Below are positions 50,904 to 63,100 of a stretch of DNA of 64,000 bases, one piece after another (the stretch's first letter is position 1; the number at the start of each line of letters is the position of its first letter). Under the pieces are notes generated by a model. It made no database searches, had not been told where the DNA came from, and saw only the letters and a list, made by a program, of their open reading frames with translations. The position numbers were made by a program, and so were the translations under genes. The stretch spans positions 1,745,793-1,809,792 of the forward strand of contig MU053493.1 of the NCBI GenBank assembly GCA_013239625.1. The letters are read 5' to 3'. This stretch comes from Lama guanicoe (taxonomy: Eukaryota).

Positions 50904-51041
50904 CTGGTTGAGTCTGATGTATTCCTGTTCATAGATTTCAGCAAGGCTCAGCTTACTCTTCTCGTGGTCTAGCGTTATACGCTTTTTATATTCAAAGGCA
51001 TCCTCTTTAGGTTTTTCCTTGCGTACGACATCATCCCAAGC
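50904..51041 (-). CDS. MPHOSPH10: MPHOSPH10 exon 7
   Basis: tttag|GCT...CAG|gtaagg; AWDDVVRKEKPKEDAFEYKKRITLDHEKSKLSLAEIYEQEYIRLNQ; 138 nt. Confidence 0.95.
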
Positions 51042-51920
51042 CTAAAACACGAAAGGCACACGTGGAACTTAGGTCAACCAACAAAATCTGTCACTTCCTT
51101 CTAGGCTCACTTAGGGATCTTCCTCTGGAATACTGATGATCACTCCAGAGTAAGCCAACTATGGCAAAAAGGCAGTAGTTTTCAACGTCTGTAATGACTA
51201 TTCAAGTCACAGTAAGTACTATGCAAAGCAAAGAGGGCGTTACTCAAGTATCCGTTTTTGGTTTAAATGTATCTTTCTCCTGCTTACCAACTTTAATTCC
51301 ACAATTGCCCATTGTGGTTTGCTAACAGTCAAGACTCCAGACAAGTGTGCTTCATTTCAAATTTAAACAGTCTCTGCATATAGTACCCATCCTTAAAACC
51401 CTTCCTGTTTTAAGGAAACATACACGTTATGAAGCCATCTCTTGGTGTACACGTCATATACCTAAGTTTTACTCTAAGTTTACAAAATAAGATCAATTCT
51501 TAAACAAAACCTCTTTGCTAGGTTTTAAACACTTGACAAATAGACCCTTCATGAGTCACACCAGATACTGTGTCTAGACCAGGAGTCCTGGGTGTGACCC
51601 TGTCAGGTCAGACACCAGTCACCACACCCACCATCCCTCAACTGCTTCACTCATACCACTCAAAAGATCAGCAAGGCTGGCGGTGGGCAGGGAGGGCAAT
51701 GGCTCTAGCTACCCCATTGTCCGCAGGCATGACACCTGTCTTTCTGGGGCACTAGCAAAGGGCAGAGCTTCATACAACAAAAGCCGAGGTACCTCTGCTG
51801 TAGACTTATGGCTTTTAAGTGGAGAACTGATAGGAGCAGATAATCTGTGAAGACAGTGTTATTCCTACTCCCAAAATACTCTTACACACTTCTAAAAATT
51901 TCAGTGAATTTTGAATCAAA

Positions 51921-52005
51921 TTGTTTTTAATGGAGGTACTGCGGATTGAACCCAGGACCTTGTGCGTACTAAGCATATGCTCTACGACTTAGCTGTACCC
52001 TCCCC
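51921..52005 (-). mobile_element. vic-1-like tRNA SINE (short form) ~20 nt from the MPHOSPH10 exon 6 donor
   Basis: Plus strand tggaggtactg..gattgaacccaggacct...agctgtaccctcccc. Confidence 0.85.
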
Positions 52006-52026
52006 TTACATTTCTTTCTTACTGAC

Positions 52027-52094
52027 CTGATCTTTTATCCTCTGCTTAATGATATCTTCCAGTTGCAGAGTGGTTTCCTCTGTGATCACAGGTG
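52027..52094 (-). CDS. MPHOSPH10: MPHOSPH10 exon 6
   Basis: tttag|CA...CAG|gtcagt; (A)PVITEETTLQLEDIIKQRIKDQ; 68 nt. Confidence 0.94.
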
Positions 52095-52140
52095 CTAAAG
52101 AAAACAGAACACGTGCTTAGTGGGTAGATATGAACCAGAC

Positions 52141-52310
52141 CAGCGGTTCTTGAAGGGTGGTCCTAGAACCAACTGCAGCACTACCACCTGAAAACCAGCT
52201 AGAAATGTGAATTCTTGGACCCAAACCCACCTCCCAAATCAGAAATGGGGAGGGACAACTGTGTGCGTTTTAACTCCTTCTCTGATGCTCCCTCCAGTCT
52301 GAGAACCACA
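52141..52310 (+). mobile_element. MER5A-like hAT element
   Basis: cagcggttcttgaagggtggtcc...tagaaatgtgaattctt...tgagaaccacag. Confidence 0.7.
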
Positions 52311-52941
52311 GAACTATGGAGTACATACGGTAGTTAAGCGCCTACATTTCTAACCCACACACCTGGGGACGTGCCCCCTATTCCCATTCTCTAGCACTAA
52401 ACAACATGGAAATTCACTCTGATTTCACGGGTACAAGACAGAATTCAGCAAGATGACCAGGGCTCCTGGCTGGTGTCCCATTTAATCAGTGGACAATGAC
52501 AGCAGGCACTGGAAACAGATCACTAGCAGAAATTCGACAGTGGACTACACATCTTTAGCAGACTAGTCATTCTTGGGTGGGTAAACAAGATTGTGGCTGG
52601 AGAGACTGTCTGAGTTCTTCAAAGCAAGTAAAAGTACTTGGGACTAAAGCGCTATGGTGTTGGCAACTCACTTTCAAATGACTCACGGAAAAAAAAATGC
52701 ACACACAGTCACAAGGCACACATAGGGGAGACAATGCAAATATGGCAAAACCCTAACAACCGGTGAATCCAGCAGAATGGCGTATGTTATGTCCGCCGTA
52801 CAATTTTTTAGAACTTTTCTCTGTTCACAAGCTTCTAAAATAAAAAGTTGGGGGAAAAGAAGTATTACTTCAAGTCTAGGAAAACTGCAGAAGCAGTGAG
52901 CGCGCAGGCACGGGAGCCCGGTGGCGGGCAGGGGCACGCAC

Positions 52942-53083
52942 CCATGCGGACCGCGTGGTCAAAGTGCAGCGTCTCTTCCAGGAGGCTGTTCTCCGGTCGC
53001 TTCTGTGCTGTCACTTCTCCTTGAAGTTGCCAGGGCTTTTTTTCCAACAACTCTTTTTCCAAAGATGCAATTTTTTCATTCAT
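52942..53083 (-). CDS. MPHOSPH10: MPHOSPH10 exon 5
   Basis: ttag|ATG...ATGG|gtgcgt; MNEKIASLEKELLEKKPWQLQGEVTAQKRPENSLLEETLHFDHAVRM (Mpp10 core motif); 142 nt. Confidence 0.95.
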
Positions 53084-53440
53084 CTAAGGAGACAAAAACA
53101 GTTATGACCCATTTAGGAGACGTAATTAGAATCACAGTTGAGTAAAAGCAACTAATCTTTTCTAACAGTGGGAGAGCAAGAAACTGTTCCTCAATACAGT
53201 TGTTTTGTCCTTGCCATCTTTTAATTATTCCAACAGTGACCTCCCATTCCAGCCCCCTGATGTGGGGCAAGGAGCTGCAGACCTCTCACCCTCACTGATT
53301 TGAAATGCCATGTTTATAATTTAGTAAATTCTCCCAGCAGCACTTGGGTAGATTTCTGGGCTCCGTTCTAGTCAAATGACCTATTTATTCACAAGCCACT
53401 ATCAATTTTAGTTATTAGAGCATTCCAAGACTAATGTGTG

Positions 53441-53558
53441 TGTTTTTGTTTTGGTGGCAGATGTAATTAGGTTTCTATTTATCTTTAATGGAAGTACTGA
53501 GGATTGCACCCAGGACCTCGTGCATGCTAGGCACCTGCTCTACCACTGAGCTACCCCC
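53441..53558 (-). mobile_element. vic-1-like tRNA SINE
   Basis: gtaattaggttt...cccaggacctcgtgcatgctag...ctctaccactgagctac. Confidence 0.85.
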
Positions 53559-55157
53559 ACAAGACTACTGTTTTATTAAGACATTAGTACTGATGGACCT
53601 TGACCCAGCCGACTCCACACCCACAGTCCAAATCATCTCTAACTTCTAAAAAGGCAGCACCTATAATGACTTCATGGTGTATAAAACGCCAGCCTTTTTG
53701 GGTGAACCTTACTGAATTCTCTTATTTTTCCTAATAGCTTTTCATTTTGTCTCCAGGGTTTTTCTAGTGTCCTCTGCAAACATTGTTAACAGTTCAGTTT
53801 TTCTAACCTCTTTATTGTTTTCTTCTGTAGCTGCCCTGGGCAAATAACACTTCTACAAGAACGTAAAGTGCTAGTGGTAACAGCAATAGTGCTAGTGGTA
53901 ATAGTCTTATTCTTGATTTCAAAGGGACGTTTCTAGAATTTTACCATTAAGCAGGGTGCCACCTTTTGGCTATAGACAGATGTGTTTGTATTTCCCTAGA
54001 AGTGAAAAAAATTAGGAACAGGAACTAAATTTTATCAAATGTCTTTTTTTTTTTTAACATATATGGATATGACCATATGGTTTTTCTCCTTAACCCATTA
54101 CAGTAAGTGGTAAATTCCTATTCCTGAATCAGGAGGGCGAGTCCCACCTGGTTGTGGTGGCAGTATTCTTTCATTGCGCTATTTTGAATTTTTGCATCAC
54201 TGTTCATAAATGAGGCCGTGTATGTTTGAATGTCATCTTTCTCAGATTTAGGTTCTCATAATAGCTTTACAAGAAAAAAGTTTGGAAGCTTTACTCTTCA
54301 TCTGTAGGAACTGGTCAAACAGCATTAAATTATCTACTTAAAGACTTAATATGATTCCTCAGTAAAATTAAACCAAGTGCTTTTCTTCCCTTTTTTAGCG
54401 GGACTGTGGGAAGCAAAGCACATTAACTCAAGGACAAATTTCTTATTGTCTTATACTTTTTTTTTCCTTGAGACTCTCTTTTGGCAACAACCTGACAGTC
54501 ATGGATATAACTTAGATGGCCTTCTCTTTAATAATTCTTCTGACATCCCTAGTATGTTTGTTTGCCTGTTCTCACTTCCTACTGTGTGACAGAATTTTAA
54601 GACAGTTAAATGATAAAGCCAAATGATAGGAGCCAGATTGTATCTATCATTTTCAAATAACATTTCATTTGTCTGAAATTTTGTCACAAGGAAATAATTT
54701 TTATCAATCTTGGAAGATGTGTCTGAGATGGTACCAATTAAAATTCAGGTTACATGGCACTTGCAAAAGCCACCTGCAGAGCTCCTTAAAGAGACAGGCC
54801 TTAAGAGCAGGTGAGACAGTTACCAGGAGAGGCTCAAAGGACAGCTAATTAGGGAGGACATGCCTCAGGTGTAAAGACAGCAGGGCCAGAGGAAAAAAAA
54901 CACATTTTACACAGGAGTTCCAAATTGAGAGCCACAGGCTGGAAAATGCAGCACTGATTTCTGCAAATTAGCTGCTTTTCACATGGTTACCCCCAGACAG
55001 TGTCCTACTGAGAGTAGCAGCAAGATTTTTTTTTTAAAGAAAAATTAAGTGTTCAATCAAACCCCCCCAAAACCCAACCCCCACAAAAACTAAAACAGTG
55101 TAGGTTAGTAGTCTGAGTTACGTTAAGCACATAAAAAATTCCTTAATTCCTAATTAC

Positions 55158-55326
55158 CTTTTCCTGTCTTTTTTCAAAAGAGGATTTGACTTCGTCAGAA
55201 TCTTTCTGTACATTTAAGGTATCTGTATCTTCAGTTTCCTCATCATCTGGTAGAGCAAAGGTCACTCTTTTCAAGGTTTCTCTGTGTTTACCATTCTCAC
55301 TTTCTTCAAGGTCATCATCTTCATCC
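55158..55326 (-). CDS. MPHOSPH10: MPHOSPH10 exon 4
   Basis: ttacag|G...AAG|gtaatt; DEDDDLEESENGKHRETLKRVTFALPDDE...VKSSFEKRQEK; 169 nt. Confidence 0.94.
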
Positions 55327-55454
55327 CTGTAAGACCAAAAACACTTATGAAAGGAAATATACCACTTTTCATTAGAAAAACAAAAAGAAACAAACTTTCT
55401 AGTAATTAAAGTTCTTCTTTTGTATCTTTACTAAAATTAAATATTCAGAACTAC

Positions 55455-55587
55455 TTTTTTTTTAATTTATAATTTTTAAAGCTTTTTTGGGGGAGCTCTA
55501 TTTATTTTGATGGAGGTACTGGGAATTGAATCCAAGACCTTGTGCATGCTAAACACCTGCTCTACCACTGAGCTATACCCATTCCCC
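55455..55587 (-). mobile_element. vic-1-like tRNA SINE
   Basis: tggaggtactgggaattgaa...ctctaccactgagctataccc; TSD aaata(t/c)tcagaac. Confidence 0.85.
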
Positions 55588-56005
55588 TAAATACTCAGAA
55601 CATCTAAAGCCATTCAGTTATCAAGGAACAGAAGGGATGATTTAGGTGAAATGGAACAAACTGTCCAACATATAGAAAACAAATTATTCATCCACCTACA
55701 ACACAAACTTATTGCACAAAAAATAACAATAGCGTATTCTTATTGGCACAAAAACCACACTAGAGTTCCTTGTAATAAAGGCTGGCTTGCTATTGACAGT
55801 GATGTTTATCTCTATTAGCTGATCACTAATGTCCCTTTAAATTCAGAGACTTTTTTCTGGCTAACTTCACACTACCCAATCTTAGGGAATCTACTGTCGA
55901 TCCAAGAGAATCCAACTTCTTAGGACAAACGTATTTGACAACTATGAGCGCACATCTATGACTGGGCAACTCCAGCTTACAGTATAAAGGATTCAAAATA
56001 CTCAC

Positions 56006-56151
56006 ACGTCAGAAATGCTATCTTCTTCTTCGGCAATTTCCTCCTCTTCATTTGAACCCAGCTCATCATTATGAACACTTGCTGCATCTTCATCACTTTC
56101 AACTGGATCAAAGAAATCTTTGTATTTCAGGTTTCTGGAACTTTTACCTGA
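56006..56151 (-). CDS. MPHOSPH10: MPHOSPH10 exon 3
   Basis: ttttag|TCA...GT|gtgagt; SGKSSRNLKYKDFFDPVESDED...; 146 nt. Confidence 0.93.
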
Positions 56152-56198
56152 CTAAAACAAAAATACTTTAAAACCTTTCATCAAGGATAGGAAAATAT

Positions 56199-56290
56199 GG
56201 GGTTGGGGTGGGTATAGATCAGTGGTACAGGGCATGCTTAGCATGCATGAGGTCCTGGGTTCAATCCTCAGTACCTCCATTAAAAAAAAA
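56199..56290 (+). mobile_element. vic-1-like tRNA SINE (short form)
   Basis: gcttagcatgcatgaggtcctgggttcaatcc; TSD aaggatag(g/a)aaaat. Confidence 0.85.
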
Positions 56291-56787
56291 AGGATAGAAA
56301 AATGCATTAAATCGTGCATAACTGTGTACACATACTATACAGGGGAAACTGGCAACTAATAACACTACCATAAACCTGTAAGAACTATTGGACCACAACT
56401 GAATGGAAGTATAGATTCATTTATAACTGAGAAGACAGAGCACAATAGTCTTATCTCTAAATCTTCTAACTACAATTCTTTCCAAAATAAAGTATATGAA
56501 TGCCTTCCTTTCACTCATATTTTTAGTGCTTGGTGAAAATATGCGTTTGAGGGAAAATCCTGAATCTCTCAAACATGCAACTATAGTTCTTAAGCTACAA
56601 AACGAGTGTTTTGTGATAAGGAATGATGGCTTTGGTTTAATTCTTCCAGTCAATTTCTTTCAACTGATCTAAATATTTCACTCATACCCTGCTGAGTTTT
56701 GAAGTATTTTAAATCTCTTCTCGAAACACAGAACATCTAATTTGAGGAAGCAGAAAGTGCTCTTTCTGTCCTCTCCCAAAACTTTAC

Positions 56788-57463
56788 CTTAAGATTCTGA
56801 CTTCCAAACAGTCCTTCCCCTTCATCAGAATCAACATCTTCAAAAAAATCAATCTCCTCCTCCTCTTCTTTTTGTTCCTCTTCCTTTTCCATGTTTTCTA
56901 AAAAGGTCTCCATTTCAGATAGTTTGAAGAATTTATCGTCTACTTCGGACTTCTTGGTTGCTTTCCTGGGCACTTTGGTTTGCACCTTGCTCTGCTGCTC
57001 CAATTTGCTGATATCAAAGTCCAGATCAGAATCCTCGTCACTGAAATCTGGGCTTTTCCTCAAATCCAATTTGCTGGAGTTTTTAGCTCTTTCGATCCCT
57101 CCAGGATCACCACCACTCAGGTATGACACTTCCTCTTCCTCCTCCTCCTCCACATCTTGTCCCAGGTCCTCCTGGCCGCCAGCCTCCATTGCTGAGACAT
57201 CATCCTCACACTCCTGCTCTTCACTCTCTGCGAGAAGACTGAGGTCTTCATCTTCAACGGTTTCACTAACTGCATTCTCGAAGTACTGTAAGATTGGTTC
57301 ATTTTGCAATTCTAGTTGCTGCCAAATCTGCTCATCATCAAAATTATGTATCATCAGTTTTCGTAAAGGACTTCCATGTTTCCTGTCATTTTCTAGGATT
57401 TTATTAAAGTCATAAAGTACTTTCGTTAAAGAAGTAAAGTTTGATGCCAGTTCATCTTGAATG
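56788..57463 (-). CDS. MPHOSPH10: MPHOSPH10 exon 2
   Basis: aatag|C...AAG|gtaaag; IQDELASNFTSLTKVLYDF...FDDEQIWQQLELQN...VDDKFFKLSEMETFL; 676 nt. Confidence 0.95.
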
Positions 57464-57710
57464 CTATTAAGGGGGCAGGGAGAAGGAGTTAAATTAGACT
57501 TATAATTATAGGTAATAATTTCCCAGCACTCAGAATTAAAAGAAAAAGCCCAACTCTTGTGCAAAATTAAATTTTTAAAAAAACTTAAGCATGGTTAATT
57601 TACAATATTAGTGTCAGGTGTACAGCACAGTGATTATTTTTACTGATTATACTCCATTGAAAGCTATTACAAGATTTTAAACTGACTATACTTCAATTAA
57701 AAAAAAATAA

Positions 57711-57870
57711 GGAGGAGGATATAGCTCAAGTGGTAGAGCACATGCTTAGCATTCATGAGGTCTTGGGTTCAATCCCCAGTACCTCCTCTAAGAATAGATG
57801 AACCTAATTACTTTCCCCTACCAAAACAAACAAAAAACCCCAAACCCCAAATAAATTGTCTTTTTAATAA
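57711..57870 (+). mobile_element. vic-1-like tRNA SINE, preceded by an inverted L1 3' remnant (~57595-57708)
   Basis: atagctcaagtggtagagcacatgcttagc...ttcaatccccagtacctcc. Confidence 0.8.
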
Positions 57871-58391
57871 AATAATTACAGACTCACAGCATCTCTTGTG
57901 TAACATGTCCAAAATATACTGTTGGTTCTGTTTACTCTCTGTATCCTGCCCTCCCTGAGATCCTCTCCCAATGTTCCACCATCTGCCTTCTAGATCACAG
58001 TAAATGGCACCTCTGTCTTTCCAGTCCTTGAGACATATAACTAAGCTACTTCCTGGATGTCTTCCTTTTTCTCTGTTCTACATCTAGTTCCTTTGCAAGT
58101 CCTGTCAGTTCTGTCTCCAAACTATACTCTAAATTTGACTACTTCTCCCTGTATCTTGCTCCGATCACAGCACAGTTCTTCATCCTTTGGATGGCCGGAA
58201 TAACGTCCCAATCAGCTTTTAACAATCTAAAAAATTTTGGTAGGCCAGAGGATCGTAAACTCTCTCAAATTTGAGGAAAAGAGATCTCTCTTTGTTTTAC
58301 CTGTCTCCTACTCCAGAGTTTGCCGAAGGCCTGCAACCCGCGCCCACGTGAGCCCTCGGCCACACTCAGACCCCCGGCTCCGCGCACTTAC

Positions 58392-58480
58392 GTGAGGAAG
58401 CGCTCCGGCCGCTCGGTTGCTTTACCAACGTCCCTCAGGCACCGCTCCAAGGTCCGTCGACGCCAGACCCGCGGGGCCAT
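58392..58480 (-). CDS. MPHOSPH10: U3 snoRNP protein MPP10 (MPHOSPH10) exon 1 with start codon
   Basis: gccATGG Kozak context; MAPRVWRRRTLERCLRDVGKATERPERFL(T); AC|gtaagt; the 11 exons sum to 2028 nt = 675 aa + stop. Confidence 0.95.
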
Positions 58481-58998
58481 GGCAGACTGCAACTCGGGAT
58501 ACCGCGCCGCATGCAAAGGAACAGGGCCTCCCGGAAACCGCGCTGCAAAACGCACCCGGCGCCACTGCAGGCCGAAGGCTGAGGTTCCGCGGCGCACGAG
58601 TTCCGGGCCCACCCCGAGCCAGAGCCAATGGCAGCCCGAGAACTTTCACCTGGCTTGCGCAGTGGGGCGGGGTCGGAAACCGAAGATGGCCATTGGTCAG
58701 CTCAATGAACTTTCTACAAACTGTGTTTTGTATTCCTGAGGGGCCCACGGGAGGTGACGCGTCCTCCTTTTGAGTGTTTGCTTTAGATGCGCCAGGTGAC
58801 TTAGATAGATTGTGTTGTAAAAGAGAGAGCCCGCCCGCAGCACCCACAGCAACACTCGTCAAGCCCCTAGCTTGTCCTCCCCGCCCCTCCGGGCTCTCGC
58901 CCCGCCCCGCCAGTTGCCCCGCCCCCGAGGTTGCCCCGCCCCTCGTCGCACCCGACGCCCCTCCGATCCACGTCGGAAGCCGGGGGTCGCTTATCAAG
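58481..58998. promoter_or_regulatory. Bidirectional CpG-island promoter MPHOSPH10/MCEE
   Basis: 518 nt between divergent ATGs; CCAAT at 58625 and inverse ATTGG at 58692; GC boxes (ggggcgggg, gccccgccc); CGGAA ETS-like and AAGATGGC YY1-like motifs. Confidence 0.85.
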
Positions 58999-59029
58999 AT
59001 GGCGCGTGTGTTGGCTGGCACCGCAGTAG
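58999..59029 (+). CDS. MCEE: Methylmalonyl-CoA epimerase exon 1 (start of mitochondrial targeting peptide); remaining exons not seen in the window
   Basis: aagATGG; MARVLAGTAV(G); donor TAG|gtgaat; MARVL N-terminus and head-to-head arrangement with MPHOSPH10 match recalled MCEE. Confidence 0.8.
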
Positions 59030-59937
59030 GTGAATACTCCGCGACGCCGGGGCTCCGCGAGGGGTGGGCGCGGGACGGGAGGCCGGGCCCGAGCAGGCCG
59101 CGCGGGGCCGGCGCCCCTGGCTTTGCTGCGCTCTGCCTCGGAGGCGCGTCCCTCGGTCGCCGTCAGTACCTTTATACAGACAGAACCTTCCAGGGACTCC
59201 GCAGACTGGCGTGGGGCTTTCCTACCTGTGTTTGAGTCTCACTCTCCATACGCGGCCCCAGAGAAGCGAGGGCACCCGGCCAAGGGCACAGCAGGGCTGG
59301 GGTGGAGGGACCGTGAGTCCCATAGGGGACTGGGGAGAAACCAGAGCGAAGATCAAGTCCTGTAGACTACACGAGCTGAGCCCCAGGCACGGCCAGTATC
59401 CTGCTGAGAACACTTGAAGGTCAGTTGTGCGAAAGGAATACTTTTTCCCCACATTCCGTAATATATTTATTATTTTGTATAAAAGCAGGGAATATGGAAG
59501 CAGGCGGATTTGGAAGAGTTCTTGAGTTCTCTACACCAGCATTTAAAAAAAAAAAAAGGCGAGGTAGAATCAGTGATGATAGAAACCCACGTTTCCTGAC
59601 ACCGCACTGCATCCACTTTCTCCTCTTTCTCTCTTTTTCTTTTCTTCATCCTTCAGGGAGCAACTGTTTCCCTTAGTCTGAACTTCCCAGCTAGAAAGGA
59701 GGTGCCAGGTGGTAATATCTCAGAATTACTCCTGAACATTTGTGATAACCCTTCTGCTTAGCACCATCAGAACGTGTTCGAGAGGATGCACCTTTAATAA
59801 GGTGAGATTTCGCTCCTAGAAGGTGCTCCCTCTCTTCCACCAGTTGAAACTTAAGAGTTGTAGTCATCCTTTTGAAGTCCCATCTCAAACTGAACAAGTT
59901 CTTTATTGATCGCTATAGTGTTACCAGTCACAGAATT

Positions 59938-60075
59938 TCTTTTTGTTGTTGGTTTGGGGTGGGGGGCAGGGGTAATTATGTTTGTTTTTTGTTTTTAAAG
60001 GGAGGTATTGGGAATTGAACCCAAAACCTCCTCCGTAGTAAGCATGTGTTCTACCACTGAGCTATACCCTCCCCC
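59938..60075 (-). mobile_element. vic-1-like tRNA SINE
   Basis: ggaggtattgggaattgaaccc...ctaccactgagctataccctccccc. Confidence 0.85.
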
Positions 60076-61934
60076 ACAAAAAAATTTCTTATGTATCTAT
60101 CATTGCAATTCATCAGGACTAAATGATGGGCCCCACACAAGTGCACCTAATAGTTTTAGCTGTCTCAGCACTTAATCAGTTTAAAGAGGTGAGACATATA
60201 CAGCCTATGGCTGAGCACAGCTTGTTAAAATGAATCTCTTAATTAACAGATGATGCTCAAGATTTGATAACATCCCCTCCTGGCCCTTATTCCCTCTCCT
60301 TGGTAAAATGCAGGTCTGTGTCTTAGCTCACATACCATCTCAACAGGCCTTTACAAAAAAAAAAAAGCTCTTAAAACAAGCCATCATCTCTTAGAAAGCT
60401 ATGTCTTAGGAAATAGATACTGCTCATAAGACATACACTAAAGATATTAAAAATTGAGAAAAAAGAATAATAACGAATGTCAGAGGAATGAGAAAATAAA
60501 ACATAATAGTTTAACAACATCAACTTTGTTGTCAGAGAGACCTGAGCTTGAGGCCCAACTTTGCCACAGAGTATGACCTGGAGGAAAATTAACCAGGCCT
60601 GTTTTTTTCTCTAAATGGGAAAGATACCCAAGCATTCACTGAACTATTACTATTATTTCTACTTTATGGTCACTAAGACCAATAGGCAGAGCCAGGCTAC
60701 CACGTGATGCCCTCATACTTCAGAACGTGTGAGCACAGTTTGCTTAGGGAAGATTGCATAATAGTATTGTTGCATAATGCTAATGGTGAAATAAATCCAT
60801 GGATCTTTATTAGGAAAGTGAGGTCAAATCAGCAAGATGTTTCACCGTGGGATCTGTCCACCAATGAAAGTTCCCAGCAGTGTGGAGAATGCCTGAAGAC
60901 TGGGTCATATCTGTGTTGGGGGTAATAACCAGCTTATAGGTTCTTGAAAGGCAAATTATTTTAAGTATAGTTTCTACTTTTATAAGATACTAAAAAGAGT
61001 TCCGAAACAATGATAGTCATGAGCACCATGGATGAGTTAGAGAGTAACTATAAGCAACTAATTTTAAAAACTTTGGAAAATTGTGAATTATTATTCCTGT
61101 GTCAAGAAGCAAAAAGAATATTATGCTTATAATAGCTTCCAGCAGCATTATTCCATGAGGATGTCAGTTGTCACTAGATACTGTCAAAGATGTTCTAAAA
61201 TCAGAGCCCATGCAGTAAATATTCAAAAGTGAAAGGAGAGTAGTCTCCTTGTCATAAAAAGGTAGTAAATTGTGGATGATGAAACAGTGAATATGAAAAC
61301 ACTACGTGTGCCAAAATATCCACCAAATACAAGTACTCTTTAATTACTGAATAAGAGTTTTAACACAGCAGCAGTATTGTGAATAGGGCAGGTACACAGT
61401 CAACGTTTTCCTTTAAAAACATAAAATACATTAAAAGTCAGAAGTGCTTACATTTATAAGCAGGTTATTGATGTAACCTTTCTAAAAGTGCCGATAATGA
61501 AATCCTTGGAGTTTATGATGTACTTCGTGCCAGGCACTTTCCTAAACCTTGCCTATGTAACGTCATGACAATATTACGAGGTAGGTATTATCTTCCTACA
61601 CGAGAAACAAAGACACAGGGTAAGCAGCCCAAGTTACACAACGAATGGTAGTATCAAGATTTGAACCAGAGCCCACATACTTAACCATAGGGCACACTGC
61701 GTCTTATTTTTATGTGTGTGTTTTTAAAAGTACTTGAGAAAATTAAGGGACAGTGAGTATAACTGCCAAGTCATACATTTATGGCAAGAACCAAATACTA
61801 ATAAAGATACATGTCTCGTTTGTAACTTACATAGACATCTTTGCATAAAGGAAAAATGAAATGAAAATAGTGTATTCCAAAGCCTGGCTTGGATTTATCC
61901 TGCATTAGAGGCTTGAACCTGAGATGACCTCACT

Positions 61935-62500
61935 TTTTCTTTTTATGTGGTTAAATATACATAACATAAAATTTACCATTTTAACCATAATTAGGTGTAC
62001 AGCTCAGTGGCATTGAGGACATTCATATTGTGCGGCCATCATCATCTGTCTCCAGGCCTTGTTCATCATTCCACACTGAACCTTGGTACCCATTCAGCAG
62101 TAACTCCCATTTTCCCCCACCTTTAGCCCCTGGTAAATAACCACTGTTCTGCTTTCTCTCTGTAAATTTAACTACCCTTGGGGCCTCTTAGAGGTAGAAT
62201 TATACAGTATGTCCTTTGTGACTCACTTGTTTCCTTAGCAAACTGTTTTGAATGTTCATCCATGTTGTAGCAGGTGTCTGAATTTCATTCCTTTTTAAGG
62301 CTGAGTAATATTTCATTTATGTGTACCACATTTTGGTTATCTTTTCATCTGTTCATGGACATTTGGGCTATTTCCACCTTTTGGCTATTGTGAATATATA
62401 CTTACAAAATGGGTATATAAATACCTCTTCAAAATCCTGCTTTCAGGTCTTTTGAATATATACCCACAGTTGGGATTGCTGAATCAAATGATGATCTTAT
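61935..62500 (-). mobile_element. Old L1 (L1MA/MB-type) 3' end
   Basis: aacataaaatttaccattttaacc...ttcatccatgttgtagca...ctttttaaggctgagtaatatt...gggattgctg. Confidence 0.8.
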
Positions 62501-62938
62501 GTTATGACCACACTTTTAAGGAACATGAAACTAACAGGAAAACAGGAGAAGCTCAGGAAAACAAATAAGGTTAAAAACACAATCCGTTCTGATTTGGCTT
62601 GCAAAGAATTGGCTTCATGATAAAAGCTTTGAAATGGAAATTGAACCTGTTAAAGACAAGAGTGGCCAAGGTACATGACTATGAGGAGACATATGTAAAT
62701 GGAGTAATAAATGTTGTCTATTTACTAACTGTGTTGGGTAAAGACTTACTCCTCATCATAGTTTTAAACAGGATGAAAATACGTGTATGGTGCCATAAAT
62801 CCTCTGGATGCATGCTGAAAACCAATCAGCTTCTTACCAAACTAACTCGAAGGCACTTGTGATGAATGACTTTCTTACTATGTCCTGTCTCCTCAAATGA
62901 AATGTGCAAAAATTCAGACTTAAAAACTTGTTGCATGT

Positions 62939-63100
62939 GGGGGAGGGTATACCTCAAGTGGCAGAGTGCATGCTTAGCATGCCCACAGTCCTGAGTTCAA
63001 TCCCCATTAAAAATAAATAGATAAATAAACCTAATTACCTCCATTAAAAATAAATAGATAAATAAACCTAATTACCTCCCCCCTAAAACAAAACAAACAA
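62939..63100 (+). mobile_element. vic-1-like tRNA SINE with an internal 37-bp tandem duplication
   Basis: ccattaaaaataaatagataaataaacctaattacct at 63004-63040 and 63041-63077. Confidence 0.85.

Noticed and set aside
56891..57415. 174-aa Ser-rich plus-strand ORF
   Set aside because: Antisense shadow of the Glu/Asp-rich MPHOSPH10 exon 2.
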